Shown here: positions 57,135 through 64,000 of the stretch, piece after piece
How positions within the stretch are numbered: the first letter of the stretch is position 1
How the letters are laid out: each line of letters opens with the position of its first letter
Assembly: GCA_963575745.1 (NCBI GenBank)
Contig: CAUYUJ010000286.1
Location: forward strand, 1-64,000
Direction: 5' to 3'
Source of the DNA: Prorocentrum cordatum
Taxonomy: Eukaryota
DNA: 64,000 nt
Notes under the pieces: generated by a model
What the model saw: the letters and a program-made list of their open reading frames with translations, nothing else
The model's database searches: none
Told to the model about the DNA's origin: nothing
Translations under genes and position numbers: made by a program

Positions 57135-57900
57135 TAACCCGGGGGCCAACAATCCAGTTTGAGCCCCGTGACTTGCCCTGAAAAAAGAAAACAGTGCGAG
57201 CCCCGAAGTAAGCACTTCAATTGAAAAAAAACAATGGTCACCGGGGAGGGGGATCAACAATAATTATTATTAAATACTGAGAGGGTTCAACAACAATAGC
57301 AGCAACAGCAACAACAACAACGACAATCACTTTAAGACTGCTCGCTCTTACTGGCACGCGTGACTTGCATTCCGTATACCCCGACCCTCGATACCCGCCC
57401 ACCTCGTCTTCGAGTGCACCCCCTTTCGAGGGGAATCTCTTCCTTGTCGGCCACTGACTGAAGTGCGAAGAAGTCTCGAGCGAGAGCGCCATCAACGAGT
57501 TCGGGGGTCTCTCTGGCCAGACGCTCCCGGAATACATATGGAAAAATATTGAACGGGAGCCCTTGTCGCTTGAGTTCGGGGGCCTTCTTGGCCAAGGGCT
57601 CTCGGATGAAATCGTGGGGAAATATCGAGCAGGAGCCCTTGTCGTCGTGGTTGGGCCTCCGCCAACTCAATTGAATTGCCAGGAAATCTCGAGCGACAGC
57701 GCCGTTCCAGACTTCGGGGGCCTCTCTGGCCAGGGGGGCTCGGGGTAAATGTTTCAAGAAGTATCATGCGGGAGCCGTTGTTGTCGTAGCTGGGCCTCCA
57801 AGGGCCCACGTTTAGGGTCAAGCCAACGCTCGAGCGGGAGCCTCGTTTTCAGAAGAAATGTAGCCGGCCTCGAGGCGAGAGCCAGCGGAACCGCTTCCGG
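57135..57900 (+). repeat. Dispersed repeat family with (CAA)n tract; further copies ~60400-61200, ~62050-62690, ~63440-64000
   Basis: Shared CCCGGGGGCCA..CAGTTTGAGC, GGGGGATCAACAATAATTATT, (CAA)n and TTAAGACTGTTCGCCCTTATC..CCCTCGATACCCGCCC blocks. Confidence 0.85.
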
Positions 57901-57974
57901 AGATCAACCATAAATGTTATTTAAATATGAGTAGTCAACCACAACAACAACAACAACAACAACAACCAACAAAG

Positions 57975-58087
<113 letters not shown>

Positions 58088-58189
58088 AACGACGACAACG
58101 ACAACGAAAACGACAACGACGACGACGATGACGACGACGACGACAACAACACCAACAACAACAACAAACTGGCGACGCCTCCTGGCACC

Positions 58190-59600
58190 GCGGCATACAC
58201 GGAGCAATCGACCTCGATTACTCCGTGCATCCGAGGCAGATTCGAATTGGATTCCTATTGGAACCTGCATAGTGGATACACGGGGTAATCATACTCGATT
58301 ACTCCGTGTATCCGAGGCAGAATCACATTGATTCCTATTGAAACATGCAAATTCAATACACGGAGCAATCGCACTCGATTGCTCCGTGTATCCGAAGCAG
58401 ATTCTAATTGGATTCCGATTGGAACCGACATATTGGATACAAGGAATAATCGCACTCAATTATCCGTGTACGCGAGGCAGATTCTAAAATGATTCGTATT
58501 GGAACCTGTATATTGGATACACGGAACAAATCGCATTCGATTACTCCATGTATCCCAAGCAGATTATAATTGGATTCTTCTTGGAACCTGCAGATTGGAT
58601 ACACGGAGTAATCGCACTCGATTTATCCGTGTATCCGAGGCAGATGCTACTCGGAGTCCTATTGGAACCTGCACATTGGATACACGGAGTAATCGCACTC
58701 GATTATTCCGCGTACCCGGGGCAGATTCCAAGTGGATTCATATTGGAACCTGCATGTTGGGTACACGGAGAAATCGCACTCGTTTACTCCGCGTATCCGA
58801 GGCAGATTCTACTTGGATCCCGATTGGAACCCGCATGTCGGATACACGGAATAATCGCACTCGAATACTCCGTGCATCCGAGGCAGATTTTGATTGAATT
58901 CATGCTGGAACCTGCATATTGGAAACACGGAGAAGTCGCACTTGATTACTCCGTGTATCCGAGGCAGATTCCAATTGATTCCTTCTGGAACCTGCAAATT
59001 CAATACACGGAGTAATCGCACTCGATTACTCCGTGTATCCGAGGCAGATTATAATTGGATTCCTATTGGAACCCGCATGCTGGATACACGGAGTAGCCGC
59101 ACTCGCTTACTCCGTGTATCCGAGGCAGATTATAGTTGGATTCCTATTGAAACCTGTATATGGGAGACACGGGGAAATCCCACTCGTTTACTCCGCGTAT
59201 CGGATGCACGGAATAATCGAACTCGACTACTCCGTGTATCCCGAGCAGATTATGATTGGATTCCTATTGACAGCTGCAATACACGGAGCAATCGCATTCG
59301 ACTACTCCGAATACCCGAAGCAGATTCGAATTTGATTCCTATTGGAACCTGTATATTGGATACACGAAGTAATCACACTCGATTACTCAGTGTATCGAAT
59401 ACACGGAGCGATCGAACTCGATTACTCCGCGTATGCGAGGCAGATTATACTTGTATTCCTATTGGGACCAGCATATTGGATACACGGAGTAAGCGCACTC
59501 GATTATTCAGTGAATCCGAGGCAGAATATAACTGGATTCCTGGTGGAACCTGTATATTTGATACATGGAGTAAACGCATTCGATTACTCCGTGTATACGG
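58190..59600 (+). repeat. 81-bp tandem satellite containing a 40-bp hairpin
   Basis: Consensus GGATACACGGAGTAATCG-CACT-CGATTACTCCGTGTATCC followed by GAGGCAGATT.TAATTGGATTCCTATTGGAACCTGCATATT. Period 81 (58597, 58678, 58759). About 17-18 copies, flanked by (CAA)n. Confidence 0.95.
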
Positions 59601-61224
59601 GCGCCAGCAAGCGTCGCTAGTGACAACAACAACAATATCAATAACAACTATAATAGCCACAGAACAACAACAACGACAGCAACAACAACAACAATCATTA
59701 TAAGACTGTTCGATCTTACTTGCCCGTGTGTCATTCAAAACGAGTTCCCCTGACCCCCCTTTTTGTGTTCGATCACTCCCCCTTTGGGTGGACTGTTTCT
59801 CTTTGCGGGGGGCCGCGGGCTTAGACAGGCGGGCAAACGTGAACGGGCGGACAATCCTTCGTTGGCGTACATGTGCCCGCCATTGGAATTTGTGTGGGCC
59901 CTGCAAAAAAAGGGGGGGGAACGAGGGAGAGCGGGAGGAAGGGAGGGGGAAGGACGAAAGAAGAGGGAAAACGCCAGGAGAAAAAAGAGCGAAGAGGGGG
60001 GCGGTTGATTAGAGGCAGAGAGAGAGAGAGTGAAACACAGATAAGAGAGGTTGAGAGAGGGGAGAAAGAGAGAGAGAGAGAAAGAAAAAAAATAAAATAA
60101 AGAAAGAAAAAAAGAAAGAAAGAAAGAAAGAGGAAGGAGGCAGGAGCGGGGAGGGAGAAGGGAGGGAGAGGAGGGAGAGGGGATAGGGCAGAGAGGCGTA
60201 AGGATGAGGGAAGGGATGAGGAGAGGAGGGAGGAGGGAGAGGGAGGAGGAGCAGGAAGGTAAGAGCCTGAACGTTCGAGGAAGTCCCAGGCGAAAGCGCC
60301 GGTCCTGAAGGAAGTCTCGGACGGGAGCCCACGACGGGCGGGCGATCCCCTGACGGGCGGGTCGGGCGGGTGGGACATTCAAGCGGGATGTCTGAGTATG
60401 AGTATGGCGACGGCGCGATTCCTAAGAAAATTGTGACGGTGCCCTTGGCGCAGCGTGTTTCCTGAGCGTCGACAGCGCGATGTCTGAATAATTGCATGGA
60501 AGTCACAGGCTAGAGCGCAATTCCTAAGTAAAAGGTTAGGGGCTCTCTGGCGGGAGCGGGGGTCTTGATTACATTGCGAAGAAATCTTGGCTCAATTACG
60601 AGGAAGTCTCAAGCGGGAGCGCCGTTCCTGAGTAAATTGTAGAGAGGTCTCAGATGGGAGCAAGGGTCTTGACGAAACTACGAGAAAGTCACAGGCGGGA
60701 GCACCGATCCTGAGTAAATTGTAAACAATTCTCCAGCGGGAGCCGTTGTTGTAATCCCCGGGGCCAGAGGCGCAGTTTGAGCATCGAGACTTTCCCCGTC
60801 AGAAAACAGGGTGCAAGCGTCGAGGGGCACACTATGATTGAGAAAAACAATATGCACCGGCGAGGGGGGATCAACAATAATTATTCTTCAAAAATGAGAA
60901 TCCAACAACAACAACAACAACAACAACAAACAGTTTAAGACTGTTCGCCCTTATCAGCTCGAGTGTCCAATAACGCGTACTTCCCAAACCCTCGATACCC
61001 GCCCTCTTCGTCTTCGATCGAACCCCTTTCGGGGGGTATACCAATCTTCCCTGCAGGCCGGGCCCCGGCAAGCGGCGGGGCGGCCGCGGACCGTCGGCCT
61101 GGCCAGCGGCAGCGCTGATCGGCGGGGCGGCCGCGGACCGTCGACCCGACCCCAAGAGGGACGGACAGGGGACCGACCACCACGACGACGACGACGACGA
61201 CGACGACGTCGACGACGACGGCAA

Positions 61225-61257
<33 letters not shown>

Positions 61258-61289
61258 GCGAAAGCGAGAGCGAGAAAGAACGACAACAG

Positions 61290-62040
61290 AACCACGAAGG
61301 ACACGAAGTAGGCCACGAAGGGCGACAGCGGGGACACGAAGGGAATGCGTATGGGGCCACGAAGAGCGCGAACGAGCGTGGGCCACGAAGGGCAGATAAT
61401 GCGGGGCCACAGAAGGCAACGATGGGGCCACTGAGGGTAGCACCTGGGCCACGTAGGACAATGAGGGGGCCACAAACGGCGACAGCGGGGCCACGAAGGG
61501 CATGCACATGGGGCCACAACGGGCGCGAACGAGCGGGGGCCACGAAGTGCATACGTATGTTGGGCCGCGGAGGGTACGGACGGCGCAACTGAGGGCAGCA
61601 ACGGGGAAACGAAGGGCAGCGAGGGGGCCACGAAGGGCGACAGCGGGGCCACGAAGGGCATGCATATGGGGCAACCACGGGCGCGAACGAGCGGGTGCCA
61701 CGAAGGGCATACATATATGGGGCCACGAAACAAAGCGAGGGGGCCACGAAGGGCTGCAACGGGGCCACGAAGGACAGCGAGGGGCCACGAAGGGCTGCAG
61801 CGGGGCCACGAAGGGCTGCAACGGGGCCACGAAGGACAGCGAGGAGGCCACGAAGGGCTGCAACGGGGCCACGAACCAAAGCGAGTGGGGCTGCAACGGG
61901 GCCACGAAGGGCAACGAGGAGGCCACGAGGGGCTGCAACGGGGCCACGAAACAAAGCGAGGGGGCCACGAAGGGCTGCAACGGGGCCACGAAACAAAGCG
62001 AGGGGGCCACGAAGGGCTGCGACGGGGCCACGAAAGGCAG
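61290..62040 (+). repeat. ~21-bp minisatellite GGGGCCACGAAGGGCTGCAAC
   Basis: About 30 degenerate copies. Confidence 0.95.
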
Positions 62041-62507
62041 CGAGATCGAGTCCTAGGTAATCTGTGAAGGAGTCCTAAGCGTGAGCGCGACTCCTGGGTG
62101 CCTGGGTGTCGGGAGCGCAGCGCTGGAGTAAATTGCCAGAAATTCCAACGCAAGGGCGCTATTCTTCAGTAAATTGCAAGGAAGTCTCCAGCGATAGCGC
62201 GACTCCAGAGCGCAGGAGGAGCGATTCCTTAATAAATCGCAAGGAAGTCGCAAGCGAGAGCGCGATTCTTGAATAATATGCGACGAAGTCTCGGGCGGGA
62301 GCGGGGGTCCTGGCTAAATTGTGAGGAAGTCTCCAGCGGGAGCCGTTGTTGTTGTAACCCGGGGGCCAGGGGGCCAGTTTGAGCAGGAAGACTTTCCTTG
62401 ACACAAAAAAAGGGTGCGAGCCCCAGGGGGGGCACTTCAATTGAAAAAAATATATGTGCACCGGTGTGGGGGGATCAACAACAATTATTCTTCAAGAGTG
62501 AGAGTTC

Positions 62508-62545
<38 letters not shown>

Positions 62546-62580
62546 CCACCACCACCACCACCACCACCACCACCACCACC

Positions 62581-62626
<46 letters not shown>

Positions 62627-63473
62627 CCACAACCACAACCACAACCACAACCACAACCACAACCACAACAACAACAACAACAACAACAATCATTTTACCC
62701 GAACGCGTGGTGTTCTCCCCAGTGCCAGGGTTTTCATACGACACCAGGCAATACCCCCACTTCGTGGGGGGGCATTACAAGCTCTACCAAATATCCAAAC
62801 GACTCTTCGCGACCACCCAAACCCAGCTTCCCGCCCTATGACGTTGGGACACTTCACTTCGTGGCGTGCGGACGACCGTGGCTACTACACTGGCGTGGGG
62901 TACACACCCACAGAACCCAATGGTTTTTGGAGATTTCGGCGTGCGCGCGCGAAGAAAAAACGAATGTGTCCCGCATGGTATTATTTGACAGGGATGATGG
63001 CCCTGGCAGGTGCGCAACCGTTGTCGCAGAAGTTCGAAAAAGTTGCTCGCAAAAGCCCGTTTGACAGAAATGTTTAAAAAGTGTTGGGTTTCCTACGAAT
63101 CCGCAAGAGCGCGCGGGATGAGATTTTGACATTTTTTTGTTGAAAAACCATTGGTTTTTTGATGTTTTTATGTTAAAATCGCTTCCGAACACTAAGCTTT
63201 TGGAAGGATTTCGTCTTGCGCGCGCGAATGTCCACTTTACCTTATTTTTTGCAAGGGATTCTTGAAATTTGATTATATTAGAACAAGAAATGTCATTTTA
63301 TAGTGTTTTTTGCAAGGGAAAGCGGATTACAACAAAACAACCGGATCTGGACACACCCTTTTACCTGAGGCTTCCTCACGAAAATGATGAAAATGTGGCT
63401 GCGGCCTAGGCGCGGCGGGGGGGCGCGCACCAGGGGGCCCAACAATAATTATTCTTTAGAATAAATAATGTTC

Positions 63474-63554
<81 letters not shown>

Positions 63555-64000
63555 GACAACAACAACAATCATTGTAAAACTGTTCGCCCTCATCTGCTCG
63601 AGTGTCCAATAACGCCTATCTCCCAAACCCTCGATACCCGCCCTCTTCGTTTTCAATCGAACCCCTTCTGGGGGGACAACAACAACAACAATCATTTTAA
63701 GACTGTTCGCCCTTATCTGCTCGAGTGTCCAATAACGCGAATTTCCCAAACCCTCGATACCCGCCCTTTTCGTCTTCGATCGAACCCCTTTTGGGGGGTA
63801 TACCTTTCTTCCATGCAGGCCGGGCCCCGGCAAGCGGCGGGGCGGCCGCGGACCGTCGGCCTGGCCAGCGGCAGCGCTGATCGGCGGGGCGGCCGCGGAC
63901 CGTCGACCCGACCCCAAGAGGGACGGACAGGGGACCGACCACGACGACGACGACGACGACGACGACGTCGACGACGACGACGGCGCGACGACGGCGACGA

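Noticed and set aside
58190..59600. CRISPR array (palindromic repeat with regular spacing)
   Set aside because: The intervening sequences are copies of one another rather than unique spacers, there are no cas genes, and the context is eukaryotic.

Overview
GC-rich eukaryotic genomic DNA, very likely dinoflagellate. It carries several degenerate copies of the dinoflagellate spliced leader (DCCGTAGCCATTTTGGCTCAAG), introns with GA/GC donors, and abundant (GAG)n/(CAT)n/(CAA)n/(GTC)n tracts. Bases 1-25.3 kb form a gene-dense island, open at the left edge. It holds a spliced hAT-like DDE transposase with Zn-finger and BRCT-like domains, an intact C5-cytosine DNA methyltransferase, and a second paralog lacking the catalytic residues. 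It also encodes a divergent beta-class N6/N4-MTase-like protein, a PhyH-type 2OG-Fe(II) dioxygenase, a HAD nucleotidase-like protein, Zn-finger proteins and a Lys-rich H1-like protein. Nearly every intronless gene has a relict spliced leader upstream, and a nested perfect-palindrome array lies downstream of the active DNMT. My inference is that this island is part of a giant DNA transposon carrying DNA/nucleotide-modification cargo. Bases 25.5-64 kb are a repeat desert of satellites, MITE-like elements, decayed LINE RT and Pif1/Helitron helicase fragments, and a 100-N gap. All protein family calls are by-eye motif recognition, not database hits.
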